Source of the DNA: an uncultured virus (IMG/VR IMGVR_UViG_3300046524_000154)
Taxonomy: Duplodnaviria; Heunggongvirae; Uroviricota; Caudoviricetes
Strand: one strand, 5' to 3'
DNA: 64,000 nucleotides
Virus record (IMG/VR): IMGVR_UViG_3300046524_000154
The notes beneath the pieces are model-generated. The model saw only the letters and a program-made list of their open reading frames with translations, was not told the origin of the DNA and did not search any database. Below, one piece after another: positions 25,148 to 35,881 of this stretch (the stretch's first letter is position 1; each line of letters begins with the position of its first letter). The translations under genes were made by a program, and so were the position numbers.

Positions 25148-26560
25148 ATGACTACTGACTACGTCGAACAGATTTGCAAGAAGATTGCGTTCCCCAAGGT
25201 GCCGTGGCCGTACCAGCGCGACGAGGTTAATCGCGGCGTGATCGAGTCACAGGACCGCTTCGGCATGTACTGGGATATGGGCGCGGGCAAAACATTCGGC
25301 AGCACGCTGTACGCAATGATCCGGCGTCAGGAAACTGGCGCGCGGATGATCCAGCTGTGCCCTCCGATCCTGCTCAGGCAGTGGCAGACGTGGCTGGAGA
25401 GCTGCGGCATCCGCTGCAAGGTGTACTACGGCACGCCAGCGCAGCGCTCGAAGATCGTGCTCGACGACGAGACGGTGTACTGGATCACGACGCCGCAGAT
25501 GTTGAAGAGCGACTTTGACCGACTGTACGAGTTCTTCAGCAAGCGGCCTGTGATGGTCGTGAACGACGAAGCCACGTGCGCGAAGAACTTCGAGTCGGGC
25601 AACTTCCGCGCGGTGCTCCAGATGGCGGCCGGCAACGGCGTGCTGCCGATGACGGGCTCTCCGCTGTCCACGCCGCGCGACGCGTACTCGTACATCAAGC
25701 TGGTGTCGCCCGGCATCTACCGCAGCTACAGCCAGTTCGAGAACATCCACGTCGAGAAGTTCGACCAATACAAGCGCCCGATCAAGTGGCGCAAGCTCGA
25801 CATGCTCGCGCGCAACCTCGCGATGAACTCTTCGTTCATCAGCACACCAGAGGTTCACCCGGACATGCCGCGCGCGAACATCAGTTCGGTCGTCTACGAC
25901 CTCGAAGCGCAGCACATGAAGATGTACAAGACGCTCGTCGATCAGCAGATGCTGGTGTACGAGAGCGGCTTCGCGATCGACGCGACGACTGCCAACAAGC
26001 TGCACGTCGCTCTCCAACAGGTAGTGCTCAACGCTGCGTACTTCGCGCAGGACGACAAGATGGTGCCGTACGGCTTCCAGCTGCTCGACGAGTTCATCAC
26101 CGAGCTGCGCGGCCAGAAGCTGCTCGTGTTCGCCAACTACAAGATGTCAGTGAACGCGATCATGCAGTATCTGCTCAAGCAGGGAATCGACGCGGTCGCG
26201 GTCAATGGCGATGTGAGCAAGGCGCAGAAAGACAAGAACGTCGAGCGCTTTAAACACGTCCCGGAGTGCACCGTCGCCGTGATGAACCCGCTGTCTGGCG
26301 GCGTAGGGGTCGACGGATTGCAGGAAATCTGCAACCACGCCCTGTTTCTGGAGATCCCTAGCGTCTCGAAGGACTTCTTCCAGGCTGTGAAGCGCATCGA
26401 GCGGCCGGGCCAGAAGTTCGTCTGCGACATCCGCGTCGCGACCGCCCTCGGAACCGTACAGGTGACGCTGCGCAAAAACCTGGTGCAGAACAACGGCCTG
26501 ATTCAACAGGTCGTACCGAGCACGGCCGACCTGCGCGCGCAGCTGCTCGGCCAGGCGTGA
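25148..26560 (+). CDS. SNF2-like SF2 helicase
   Basis: WPYQ, MGAGKT (motif I), DEAT (II), MTGSP (III), GGVGVDGLQ, QAVKRIERPGQ (VI). Confidence 0.9.
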   Translation: MTTDYVEQICKKIAFPKVPWPYQRDEVNRGVIESQDRFGMYWDMGAGKTFGSTLYAMIRRQETGARMIQLCPPILLRQWQTWLESCGIRCKVYYGTPAQRSKIVLDDETVYWITTPQMLKSDFDRLYEFFSKRPVMVVNDEATCAKNFESGNFRAVLQMAAGNGVLPMTGSPLSTPRDAYSYIKLVSPGIYRSYSQFENIHVEKFDQYKRPIKWRKLDMLARNLAMNSSFISTPEVHPDMPRANISSVVYDLEAQHMKMYKTLVDQQMLVYESGFAIDATTANKLHVALQQVVLNAAYFAQDDKMVPYGFQLLDEFITELRGQKLLVFANYKMSVNAIMQYLLKQGIDAVAVNGDVSKAQKDKNVERFKHVPECTVAVMNPLSGGVGVDGLQEICNHALFLEIPSVSKDFFQAVKRIERPGQKFVCDIRVATALGTVQVTLRKNLVQNNGLIQQVVPSTADLRAQLLGQA

Positions 26561-26748
26561 CTGTCTGAATTCGACGAGTCCATCCGCCTCGACGAATGCT
26601 CGAAAAGAACAACAAAGTGGCATTACTCTGGTGGATTGGACTCGCAGTGCTTGCACCAAACTTGCAGGCCGCAAGTAGCAAGCGGTCGCTGGTATTGCGT
26701 CGGTGTATGCGCAACGATTTGGGCAGTGAAAAACTAAGATGTAACGAA

Positions 26749-26777
26749 TTGTTCTTCGCAAATTAGGCGAGTACAAT
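26749..26777 (+). promoter_or_regulatory. possible sigma70 promoter for the primase
   Basis: TTGTTC-N17-TACAAT in an AT-richer intergenic gap. Confidence 0.4.
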
Positions 26778-26857
26778 CCGCTTTCACCCGTTGGCCGGAA
26801 AACGCTAATCCCACCCTTGGCGCCTGGCTGACTGTTCCACCCTACCTGCCCCGGAAC

Positions 26858-29749
26858 ATGGTCACTGATAAGTATTTCTATTTCTCGAAAGAGAAGGCAG
26901 GCGGCTGGTCGTCCGGTAAAAGCGACCAGCGGCTTGCAATAGTCGAGTCCAGGCAGCCCAAGTACGTCACCGTACTCGACCTGTCCGAGCTGCTGGACGA
27001 CGACGCTGGCCTTGAAGACCAGCTCAAGATCCGGTACAGCGGTCCCTTCTATGCCGACTGGGATTGCGAAGACCTGATGATCGGCGCCGACGCTGTTCGG
27101 CGCTTTCTTTCCGTCCTGCACGACGAATACGAAGTCGACCCGCTGAGCGTACAGCTGTACGCAACGGGCGGTCGCGGCTATCACATCGAATTGCCGTTCG
27201 AAACGTTCTGTTCGCATCAGCCGACGATTCTCGGTGGGGTCCAGTACCTGCCGCAGATCTATCGCGAGCTGGCGAACGAGCTGTACACCGAAGAGATGGA
27301 CATGGCGGTGTACAGCGCCAAGCGTGGCCGCATGTGGCGCACGCCGAACGTCGAACGCGAGACAGCAGGGCGCTACAAGGTGCCCATCACGTACGCGCAG
27401 CTCAAGGCGATGACGCCTGACCTGTACGTCGAGCTGACATCGGCCCCAAGGCCGTTCTCGCAGCTCGCAGAGCCTGTCTACTCCCCCCAGCTTGGTTCCA
27501 AGTTCGACGACTTCCGCAAGAAGATTGCGCAGCGCTACAGCGAGAGTCGCAAGAAGGCCGGCGAATCGGTCGAGACGATCAAGGCGCTGAACGGCGACTG
27601 GCCGGACTCGGTCAAGGCGCTGATGGACGGCAACAACATCAGCCCGAACGTCGGGCTGAACAAGATCGCGCTGCAGCTCGGCATCCTGTCGAACGCGCTC
27701 GGCAAGACGCTCGACGAGCACCTCGAAGCCTGCCTCGGGCTGATCCAGAACTATCGCGGCGACGGTCACACGACGCTGCGCAGCGTGCGCGAAGAGCTGA
27801 AGCGCATGTACCGGTACGCCTCGGGCAACATCGCATACCAGTACAGGCCTGCTGCGATGACGTCCATCATGGACGACACCGCTGACGTGAACGACCTGCG
27901 TGGCGACCCCACGAAGGGCGGCAAGTCGGCTGAGCGTCAGGCCAAGGGCGACCTGTCCGACCTGATGGGCGGCATCGTCAACGGTTCGTTCGGCGTGTAC
28001 TCGACGAAAGGCGAGGACTCGATGCGCCGCGAAACGAACTGGCACTACGACCCCACCAGCGCGGTCGAGGTGGTCGATGCGACCGACCTGAAGACGCGCG
28101 GCTTTCTCGTGGAGTCGCTGAAGGGCGGTGTGCCGCAGGGCGAGATGCAGATCGAGCCGTCGGTGTTCCTGTCGGCCGACGCGGCGAAGAAGTTCATCGC
28201 GACCGCAGGCGGCGTCGCGCCGAAGCTCGACTCGTTCAAGGCGGGCGGCATGTTCGCCTCGATCATGCAGGCGGCCCGCGCCAACCCGCGCGTGTTCGCC
28301 CTGATGAAGGAAGGCTTCAACATCGTCAAGGACGAGCAGGGCGACGAGAAGCTGGTATGGGCATCGAGCGAGGGCTGCTTCGCGCCTGACTCGTCCCGCG
28401 CGTACCGGTACCGCAGCCCGAACGGCACCGAAGTCGGCAACTTCCGCAGCGACGTGGCCGAGGCGCACGCGCTGACCGATCACGCCGACGCCGAAGAAGT
28501 CGTCGACGCACTGCTGCACTTCAACAACGACCCGACCACGACCGCGTGCGTGCTCGGCTGGCTCGGCGCGTGCTGGCTCAAGCCGCTGCACCACAAGTAC
28601 GGGACGAACTTCCCGTTGCTGCAGGTGTTCGGCGAATCCGGCGCCGGCAAGACCGCGATGATCCTGCTGCTGCTGCGCATGTTCTACCTGAAGACCGAGC
28701 CCAAGGCGACCAACGCGTCGCAGGGCACGAGCTACGGCCGGCGCATGATGCTGACCAGCAGCTCGACGATCCCGTACTTCATGGACGAGTTCAAGCCGAA
28801 GCAGATGTCGCAGGATCTGGTGCGCGAGATCCGCACGCTGATCCACGAGATGTACACGCCGAGCATGCAGGCACCGCGTGGCGGCGGCAACGGCAATGGC
28901 TCGTCGGGCGGTAGCTGGCATGATCTCGCGTTCGAGACGAAGACGGCGCCGATGGTGTTCTCGACCGAGACGGCCGAAGCCGAGGCAGCGATCCAGGAAC
29001 GGACCATCGCCGCTGCGTTCTCCAAGCGGCATCGTGAGGGCCGCGCCAAAAAGTCGTTCTCTATTTTGGAGCGACGTCAAGTAGTCCTATCCAGTATTGG
29101 CAAATCGATGTTGCAGGCCACCATGTCCGGTCGGCCCGACGTCATCAGGAAGCTGATCGACGAAAGTCATGCCGAGGCAGCCGAAGCGCTGTCCATGACC
29201 GGCAACTCGCGGATCGTCTACAACCTGGGCGTCGCGCTCAGCGGGCTGAAGTTTCTCGGCAAGGTGCTGCGTCATGCGTTCGGCAGCTCCGTCTTTGACG
29301 AGAAGTTCCTGCCGCGCTTCATGGAGCTGCAGACGGCCATGCTCAGCATGGACAACCACCCGTCGCTCATCTCGATCCCGGCAATGATCCGCATCCTGCG
29401 CTTCATGTCGACCATCAGCTGGCAGGACGACCCGTCGCTCGATCACAACGTGAGGCATGGCACCGAGTTTGCGTACACGCCATCGCTGGATCTCGACATC
29501 AACGTCGACGCGTTTTTCGGGCGGTACCGCGTGGCGTGTGTGCGCCGCAGCGTGACACCTGAGTTCAATGACGTAGAGTCTTTTCTGATGGGCGTGCAGG
29601 TCAGTTCTCTGATCATCGAGAAGCAGCCGGCCGACTCGCCCCTCATCAGAAACGCAGGCAACGGTCAGGCGCCGCGCGTCGTCCGCTTCTCTGGCGAGAT
29701 GCTTGCCGAATACAATCTCGGCACGTTCAAGATAGGCGAAGGAAAATAA
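26858..29749 (+). CDS. AEP primase/polymerase fused to a P-loop helicase
   Basis: AEP motifs YADWD, TGGRGYH, MDMAVYS; Walker A GESGAGKT, Walker B FMDEFK. Confidence 0.85.
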   Translation: MVTDKYFYFSKEKAGGWSSGKSDQRLAIVESRQPKYVTVLDLSELLDDDAGLEDQLKIRYSGPFYADWDCEDLMIGADAVRRFLSVLHDEYEVDPLSVQLYATGGRGYHIELPFETFCSHQPTILGGVQYLPQIYRELANELYTEEMDMAVYSAKRGRMWRTPNVERETAGRYKVPITYAQLKAMTPDLYVELTSAPRPFSQLAEPVYSPQLGSKFDDFRKKIAQRYSESRKKAGESVETIKALNGDWPDSVKALMDGNNISPNVGLNKIALQLGILSNALGKTLDEHLEACLGLIQNYRGDGHTTLRSVREELKRMYRYASGNIAYQYRPAAMTSIMDDTADVNDLRGDPTKGGKSAERQAKGDLSDLMGGIVNGSFGVYSTKGEDSMRRETNWHYDPTSAVEVVDATDLKTRGFLVESLKGGVPQGEMQIEPSVFLSADAAKKFIATAGGVAPKLDSFKAGGMFASIMQAARANPRVFALMKEGFNIVKDEQGDEKLVWASSEGCFAPDSSRAYRYRSPNGTEVGNFRSDVAEAHALTDHADAEEVVDALLHFNNDPTTTACVLGWLGACWLKPLHHKYGTNFPLLQVFGESGAGKTAMILLLLRMFYLKTEPKATNASQGTSYGRRMMLTSSSTIPYFMDEFKPKQMSQDLVREIRTLIHEMYTPSMQAPRGGGNGNGSSGGSWHDLAFETKTAPMVFSTETAEAEAAIQERTIAAAFSKRHREGRAKKSFSILERRQVVLSSIGKSMLQATMSGRPDVIRKLIDESHAEAAEALSMTGNSRIVYNLGVALSGLKFLGKVLRHAFGSSVFDEKFLPRFMELQTAMLSMDNHPSLISIPAMIRILRFMSTISWQDDPSLDHNVRHGTEFAYTPSLDLDINVDAFFGRYRVACVRRSVTPEFNDVESFLMGVQVSSLIIEKQPADSPLIRNAGNGQAPRVVRFSGEMLAEYNLGTFKIGEGK

Positions 29750-29773
29750 ATTGAAACTCCTTAGTTCTTATGC

Positions 29774-29802
29774 TTGACACCGCACATACAGCAGCATAAA
29801 GT
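29774..29802 (+). promoter_or_regulatory. sigma70-like promoter
   Basis: TTGACA-N17-TAAAGT. Confidence 0.7.
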
Positions 29803-29870
29803 TCTATCTCGCCTCCCACCCGGCGATATCGTAAATCGTTAATTAGCAACCCTTAATAGGCACATCGACC

Positions 29871-30902
29871 ATGTCCATCCTTAAATCCAAAGCCACCCAG
29901 GCAGCAGCAAAGAACACCCCGGCATTCGAAGCAGGTGAAGATCGCGGCGGCGACACGGCAGTTGAAGAACGTCCCGCAGATACGACCGGCGCAAACACGC
30001 AGGTCAGCGATGTTGAGCACACCGAAACGGTTCGCACCGTCAAGCGCGAAGAAGCAGAAAAGATCACCGACGTCACGCCGGTGAACGAAGCTGCGCAAGC
30101 TGGTGCAGCTGCAGCTCTCGCGAAGGCAACCGATCCGGCCGCGAAGGAAACCAAGTCGAAGCCGGCAGCGGACGAAGACAAGGCGCCGGAAGCAGTGAAG
30201 GGCGACGCAGCGCAAGCGAAGACCACGGCTGTTGCAGTTCCGCAGCGTAAGGTGCTGTCTACCTTCCTGTCGGGCAGCAAGGACATCCCGAATCCGCTGG
30301 CTGATCTGCGCGACGCGTTCGCCAACAGCGGCATTCCCGTCGACTACAACACGTTCCAACGGATGCGGGTTGACGCAGGCATCATCGCTACGAAGGAAGG
30401 CAAGGAAGCAGGCACGTTCATCGAACTCGCGATCATCTCGTACGGCTCCAGTTGGACGGTGTCGAGTGGTGACGACAGCGATGAAGGCAACAAGGCCGTG
30501 CGTTTCTCCGACGACGGTAAAACCATTCGCGGCGCAGGCGACGACGACGAGCACGACGGCAAGACGTGCGAAGAGTATCGCGACCATCTGCGTGAGCAGG
30601 GCTACGAGAAGGCATCCGTCAAGGAGTACCTGAACGTGTTCGGCATCGCTGTGGACGCTGAGAAGTCCGACTTCGCTTTCATGAACGAAATCGTGTCACT
30701 GTCGCTCTCGCCCACCTCGAAGGGCAAGTTTGACAGCTACGTCATCAATCGCGCTGTGAAGGCGCGCATGGGTAAGGTGGTTGAGGACTCGGGCAATCCG
30801 GTCGTCCGCTTCACCACGGAGCGCACCAAGGGCAAGAACGATAAATCGTTCTTCAACCTGAACCCGTCCGACGGCAAGACGGCTGCCCCGCAGCTGGCGT
30901 AA
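29871..30902 (+). CDS. hypothetical replication-module protein (possible ssDNA-binding protein)
   Basis: Has its own promoter and terminator; long low-complexity A/E/K/T N-terminus, beta-rich C-terminal domain; SSB call is positional inference. Confidence 0.5.
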   Translation: MSILKSKATQAAAKNTPAFEAGEDRGGDTAVEERPADTTGANTQVSDVEHTETVRTVKREEAEKITDVTPVNEAAQAGAAAALAKATDPAAKETKSKPAADEDKAPEAVKGDAAQAKTTAVAVPQRKVLSTFLSGSKDIPNPLADLRDAFANSGIPVDYNTFQRMRVDAGIIATKEGKEAGTFIELAIISYGSSWTVSSGDDSDEGNKAVRFSDDGKTIRGAGDDDEHDGKTCEEYRDHLREQGYEKASVKEYLNVFGIAVDAEKSDFAFMNEIVSLSLSPTSKGKFDSYVINRAVKARMGKVVEDSGNPVVRFTTERTKGKNDKSFFNLNPSDGKTAAPQLA

Positions 30903-30921
30903 CACGACCCTGACGTAGTTT

Positions 30922-30949
30922 GAGCCGCCCCGATCTGGGCGGCTCTTTT
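30922..30949 (+). terminator. Rho-independent terminator
   Basis: GAGCCGCCC-CGATCT-GGGCGGCTC-TTTT. Confidence 0.8.
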
Positions 30950-30965
30950 CATGGAACCCACCCAC

Positions 30966-31670
30966 ATGAAAATCTTCATCATGGATCTTGAGTGCACGGG
31001 CATGTCCCGTGACGACAAGGTCTGCGAAGTCGCGTTCATCGAGTGCCGTCTGGACATTGGTGAGTTCATCACGAAGCTGGTGCCGACCCGCCGCTTCGAG
31101 ACGCTCATCAACCCGCTGCGCCCAATCAACCCTCACGCTTCCGCCGTCCACGGCATCTGCGACCGCCACGTGAAGGAGGCGCCGACGATCAGCCAGGTGC
31201 TGCCATCCGCGTTCGGCGTGTTGCCCACCGAGAAGTTCTACATCCTCGGCCACGGCTTCGCCAGCTTCGACATGAAGTACATCGACTACTACGTGCCGAA
31301 GGGCGCGGACGTCGGATGCACGCTGCGCGGCGCCAAGCGCTTCGTCAAGGACATGCCGACGTACAAGCTCGGGCCGCTGCTCGACACGCTCGAAGCGACA
31401 CACGGCGTCACGCTGCCGCCGATGAAGGTGGAGCACAGCGCAATGGGCGACTGCGAACGCTGCCTCGTGCTCATCAACTACATCCTCAGCTTCGGCACCG
31501 GCTGGGAGCTGCTGCTCGATGTGATGTGCGAACGCCTCACGAACATCAGCTTCGGCAAGTACAAAGGCCAGCGGCTGGAGAACCTGCCCGAGACGTATGT
31601 GAGCTGGCTGCTCAGCGGCGAGTGCGAGACGGTCAGCTGGGAACTGAAGCGCGCGCTGAGGGAGCTGTGA
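30966..31670 (+). CDS. DEDDh 3'-5' exonuclease (ExoX-like)
   Basis: DLECTG, HG..SFD, HSAMGD; C-terminal FGKYKG..L..LP..Y..W domain. Confidence 0.88.
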   Translation: MKIFIMDLECTGMSRDDKVCEVAFIECRLDIGEFITKLVPTRRFETLINPLRPINPHASAVHGICDRHVKEAPTISQVLPSAFGVLPTEKFYILGHGFASFDMKYIDYYVPKGADVGCTLRGAKRFVKDMPTYKLGPLLDTLEATHGVTLPPMKVEHSAMGDCERCLVLINYILSFGTGWELLLDVMCERLTNISFGKYKGQRLENLPETYVSWLLSGECETVSWELKRALREL

Positions 31671-31876
31671 TGAGCCCGAGATTCAAGGTCATAGAAGGGT
31701 CGCAAGCCGGCTACAGCTGCTTCGCAGCGACGGTGGTTGATACGACGCGCGACTCGATGGGCAACCCCTATACGCCGGATGCGTGGCGCTACTACGCGGT
31801 GTGCGAGTGCTTCGAACGCAACGACGCGCAGACGATGTGCAAAGCGCTGAATGCAACGATTGAGGAAATAGCATGA
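31670..31876 (+). CDS. hypothetical protein
   Basis: Coupled ORF MSPRFKVIEGSQ...CF.ATVVDT...VCECF. Confidence 0.7.
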   Translation: MSPRFKVIEGSQAGYSCFAATVVDTTRDSMGNPYTPDAWRYYAVCECFERNDAQTMCKALNATIEEIA

Positions 31877-32460
31877 AACCAATTCTGATAGGGCTGCACG
31901 GCCCGACTGGTGTCGGCAAGGACACCGTCGCGCAGATCATGCGCGAGAACCACGGCGCGCGGCGTCTGGCGTTCGGCGACCCGCTCAAGCGCGCGGTGAA
32001 CGCAGCGTTTGGCTTGGGCGACGAGTGGTTGCTCGACGAGTTCAAGACCAAGGTTCACCCGCACTGGGGCATCACGCGACGTGAGATGGATCAACGCACC
32101 GGCACCGAAGCGATGCGCGGCGAGTTCGGCGCGGACTTCTGGGTTCGTCGTCTCGAACTCGACTACTACGCCATGCGCGCGGCAGACTTCACCGGCCCGA
32201 TTGTCATCACCGACGTTCGCTACAACGGAGAAGAGACTGAGTCCACCTGGGTGCGCGCTCAGGGCGGCTGCGTCGTCCACATGGAAGGTCCGCAGCGTCG
32301 CGGTGATGTGAATCACAGCCACATCAGCAACACGAAATTGCCGGTACTCGCGGGTGATTACATCCTGCCGAATACGGGCGACCTGGAGACTCTTGAGGCG
32401 AACGTGATGATGCTGATGTCTAACATCTACAGCCGCGCGCGGGAGACAACCAATGCGTAA
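31873..32460 (+). CDS. deoxynucleoside monophosphate kinase
   Basis: IGLHGPTGVGKDT, AFGDPLK, R...Q..GTE..R, ITDVRY, H.S motifs. Confidence 0.9.
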   Translation: MKPILIGLHGPTGVGKDTVAQIMRENHGARRLAFGDPLKRAVNAAFGLGDEWLLDEFKTKVHPHWGITRREMDQRTGTEAMRGEFGADFWVRRLELDYYAMRAADFTGPIVITDVRYNGEETESTWVRAQGGCVVHMEGPQRRGDVNHSHISNTKLPVLAGDYILPNTGDLETLEANVMMLMSNIYSRARETTNA

Positions 32461-35400
32461 TCGCACCCGGATCGTCTACGACCTGAGCAGCGTCGCCAAG
32501 CGCTGCTACTTCGCGGGCCAGGACAAAGAGCACGGCTTCAAGGTCGAGTTCGAAGAGAAACAGGTCCACGTCAACGGCTGGCAATACGGCTTCGAAAACT
32601 TCCTGAACAGCGTCGACAAAACGCTGCGCGAACACGAGGCAACGCCGATCGACATCATCTTCATCCGTGAAGGCGAGAACGGCTCGCAGCTGCGCCGCAA
32701 CATCTTCCCTGGCTACAAGGACAAGTCGAAGAGCCAGAAGCCGCCCGAGCAGCTGGAGCAGTACGTGCTGATGGAGAACAAGATCGTCGAGTTTTTCAAG
32801 CGCCTGGGCAGCGTGTTCGTGAAGCTCGATGGCCGCGAGGCTGACGATGTGTTCGCGTACCTGATGAAGAACCTCACCGGCCCGCGCGTCGGCGTCGCTG
32901 ACGACGCAGACATGCTGATCCTCGCGCAGATCCCCGACGTGAAGATCCGCTACCAGTCGAAGGTCATCAACCCGGAAGAGAATCCGCTGGGTCCGTGGCC
33001 GCTCGAACTGAACCGGATCTACAAGGCACTCGTCGGCGACAAGAGCGACACGCTGCCTGGTGCATTCGGTTTCGGCGACGCGAAGTTCACGGACCTCTAT
33101 TGCGCGGCCGACGTCGAGGGTATGCAGCAGGTTGAGCAGGTGATCGAGAACGCGGACTGGGCGTCGCTTGAAGAAGATGCACAGTCGCCGACGCCGGCAG
33201 GCAAAGCGCTCAAGCTCATGCTCGAACACAAGGACACGGTGCGCCGCTGCTATCGCTGCGTCCAGTTCTTCGACGAAGAGATCGGCTCGCCGGGCAAGGA
33301 GCTGCAGTGGGACGCCGGGATCGTGCTGGAGAAGCCGGAAGGTGAGCCCAAAGACCCGCGCTTCGATCACTGGTACCAGACGCGAACGCTGGTCACGAGC
33401 GGCAACTTCGCGCAGCTGATGGCGAGCGGTGTGTGGGCGCGCGTGCGCAAGTCGCCGTGGGTCACGCTCGACCTGGAAACCGCAACGCCGCCCGAGTCCG
33501 ATGAGTGGCTCGCGCGCATCAACGACCCCGACTACGTCGAAGAGATCGAGAGCGACGACGAGGACGAAGACCCGCAGGCCGAGACGCAGAAGAAGCGTGC
33601 AGGTGGTGTCGACGTGCTGGCCTCGAAGATCGTCAGTATGGGCGTGACACTCGGAGAGAACTGCGAGCACACGCTGTATCTCACGGTCGATCACAAGACC
33701 GACCGCAACATCACGATGCACAACCTGTACCAGTTCCTCGCGCGGCTGATTCGCGAAGACGTGCAGATCCGTTTCCCGGTGCACAGCAGCGCGTTCGAGC
33801 TGCCGGTGTGGTTCATGAACCTGATCGAGTGGACCGAGAGCGACGAGGCGTTCGACAACGGCTTCATGCCGCGCATCGACGACACGTTCTTCATGGCGAG
33901 CTACGTCGACGAGAACGTATCGCTCGGCCTGAAGCAGCAGGCTGAAATGGTGCTCGGCTACCAGCAGGTGACGTACGAGGAAGTGACGCAGGGTCGGAAG
34001 ATGAACCAGCTCACGCCTCAGGAAGCGTTCATGTACGGCACCGACGACACGATCGTCACGGCAGCGCTGCGCAACTACTACGAAATCGTCATGCAGATCG
34101 AGCGCACGTTCGACCTGTATCGCGAGGTCGAGATCGATGCGTCGTATCTGAGCAACGCTGGCTACATCACCGGCGTGAATTTCAGCCGTGAAGAGATGCG
34201 CAAGCAGGAGCGCGCGGACGACAAGATATATGACGCAGCGTGGGCCAAGCTGCGCACGTATCTGATCGAGAAGAAGTGGGACGGCGTCGAGTTGCCGGCC
34301 GTGACGCTCGAACCCGCGTCGATGAAGGTGATGTACGAGATCGTCACCGGCACGCAGCTGGAGTGCAAAGCGCGCACGCCGTCGAAGATCGTCGCAGTGA
34401 TGCGTCAGAACGACGACGCGGGCACGCTCGCGGACCTGTACGACTGGTCTATCGCCAACGCCGGGGATATGTCGTTCGTCGAAAAGTACGTGCGTCAGTT
34501 CTACAAGGGCGAGCCCAACATCAACTCGGACAGCCCGGCGCAGATGTCGCGGCTGCTGTACGAGGTCATGAATCTGCCGGTGCGCGCCCGCAACCGCCCG
34601 ACGAAGGCGATGAAGGCTGCACAGGGTCGCAGCGCCGTGGGCACGCCGAAGACGGATGCGCTGGCTATCGCTTCGGCGAAGTTCTATGACAGCGAAACGC
34701 ACCCGACCGAAGTCGCGATGCTCGATGCGATTCACGACATGCGCGCCGTCGGTACGCGCCGCAAGATGTATTACCGGCCGTACAAGGCGCTGCCGCACTG
34801 GATGGACAACACGGTCCACGGCAGCGATGGTCAGTGCCGCACCGTGACGCGCCGGTTCGCGCCGAACAAGCCGAATAAGGCGCAGTGGCCGAAGGGCGAG
34901 AAGGGCGACTTCCGCGCGACGATCAAGCCGCACCACCACGACGCAGCGATTGTGGCGCTCGACTTCAAGGCACAAGAGCTGCGCGTGATTGCGGACGCGT
35001 CGGGCGACGAGGCGATGACGTCGTGTTTCGTGGGCGACAACCTGCGCGACATGCACCACATGACAGGCGTCTCGATCGCGCTGCGCAAGTTCAAGGACAA
35101 GGTCGACACGGAGATCACGTACGAGTGGTTCGCTACAGCGATCGACGATGAAAACCACCCGATGCACAAGCAGATGAAGTCGACGCGCAAGCGTGCAAAG
35201 ACCACCAACTTTGCGACAGAGTACGGCGCAATGGCTCCGAAGCTGGCAGCGACGCTGATGGTGCCGGAAGAGGAAGCGCAGTCGTACCTCGAAGCGAAGC
35301 TGGCTACGTTCTGGCGCGCGGAAGAGTGGAAGAAGGAAGAGATCATTCCGCAAGCCAAGCGTCGCGGCTACAGCCTCACGCTGCTCGGCGGCCGGCGCCA

Positions 35401-35818
35401 CCTTGCCAAGGCGTTCGGTTCGAGCGAGTGGTGGGAGCGCAGCCGTGCCGAGCGTCAGGCTGTGAACTTCGTCATTCAGGGCAGCTGCGCCGAGATGACC
35501 AAGCTGGCGATGGGCCGCATCTGGCGCGCAAAGCTGATCGTGCGCTACGACGCGACGTTCATCGGCGTGGTGCACGACGAGCTGGTGTTCAGCGTGGGCC
35601 GTGGCGACATCGTCGCGTTCACGAAGGAGCTGCATGCACTGATGACGATGCAATACGCAAACATGACCATCCCGATCGAGTCGTCCATCGGTATCGGTCA
35701 CGACTTCCTGAACCTGATCGAGATCGGCGAAGTGCCGAGCGACGTGAAGATTCAGGGCGCTATTGACCGGCTGTGGCCGCAGCACGCAGCGAACGACAGT
35801 CAGCGCGTTGCCGCCTGA
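32453..35818 (+). CDS. polA: DNA polymerase family A with N-terminal 5'-3' exonuclease
   Basis: EADD / D.DM / LVGDKSD.LPG (5'-3' exo); DLET, YGTDD (3'-5' exo); DFKAQELR (A), KTTNFATEYG (B), VHDE (C). Confidence 0.93.
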   Translation: MRNRTRIVYDLSSVAKRCYFAGQDKEHGFKVEFEEKQVHVNGWQYGFENFLNSVDKTLREHEATPIDIIFIREGENGSQLRRNIFPGYKDKSKSQKPPEQLEQYVLMENKIVEFFKRLGSVFVKLDGREADDVFAYLMKNLTGPRVGVADDADMLILAQIPDVKIRYQSKVINPEENPLGPWPLELNRIYKALVGDKSDTLPGAFGFGDAKFTDLYCAADVEGMQQVEQVIENADWASLEEDAQSPTPAGKALKLMLEHKDTVRRCYRCVQFFDEEIGSPGKELQWDAGIVLEKPEGEPKDPRFDHWYQTRTLVTSGNFAQLMASGVWARVRKSPWVTLDLETATPPESDEWLARINDPDYVEEIESDDEDEDPQAETQKKRAGGVDVLASKIVSMGVTLGENCEHTLYLTVDHKTDRNITMHNLYQFLARLIREDVQIRFPVHSSAFELPVWFMNLIEWTESDEAFDNGFMPRIDDTFFMASYVDENVSLGLKQQAEMVLGYQQVTYEEVTQGRKMNQLTPQEAFMYGTDDTIVTAALRNYYEIVMQIERTFDLYREVEIDASYLSNAGYITGVNFSREEMRKQERADDKIYDAAWAKLRTYLIEKKWDGVELPAVTLEPASMKVMYEIVTGTQLECKARTPSKIVAVMRQNDDAGTLADLYDWSIANAGDMSFVEKYVRQFYKGEPNINSDSPAQMSRLLYEVMNLPVRARNRPTKAMKAAQGRSAVGTPKTDALAIASAKFYDSETHPTEVAMLDAIHDMRAVGTRRKMYYRPYKALPHWMDNTVHGSDGQCRTVTRRFAPNKPNKAQWPKGEKGDFRATIKPHHHDAAIVALDFKAQELRVIADASGDEAMTSCFVGDNLRDMHHMTGVSIALRKFKDKVDTEITYEWFATAIDDENHPMHKQMKSTRKRAKTTNFATEYGAMAPKLAATLMVPEEEAQSYLEAKLATFWRAEEWKKEEIIPQAKRRGYSLTLLGGRRHLAKAFGSSEWWERSRAERQAVNFVIQGSCAEMTKLAMGRIWRAKLIVRYDATFIGVVHDELVFSVGRGDIVAFTKELHALMTMQYANMTIPIESSIGIGHDFLNLIEIGEVPSDVKIQGAIDRLWPQHAANDSQRVAA

Positions 35819-35881
35819 AAGTAGTTCGGATTACTATACGAATGGCCGGCGCAGACCGGCCTTCGATCGAAGGGGTTCTAT

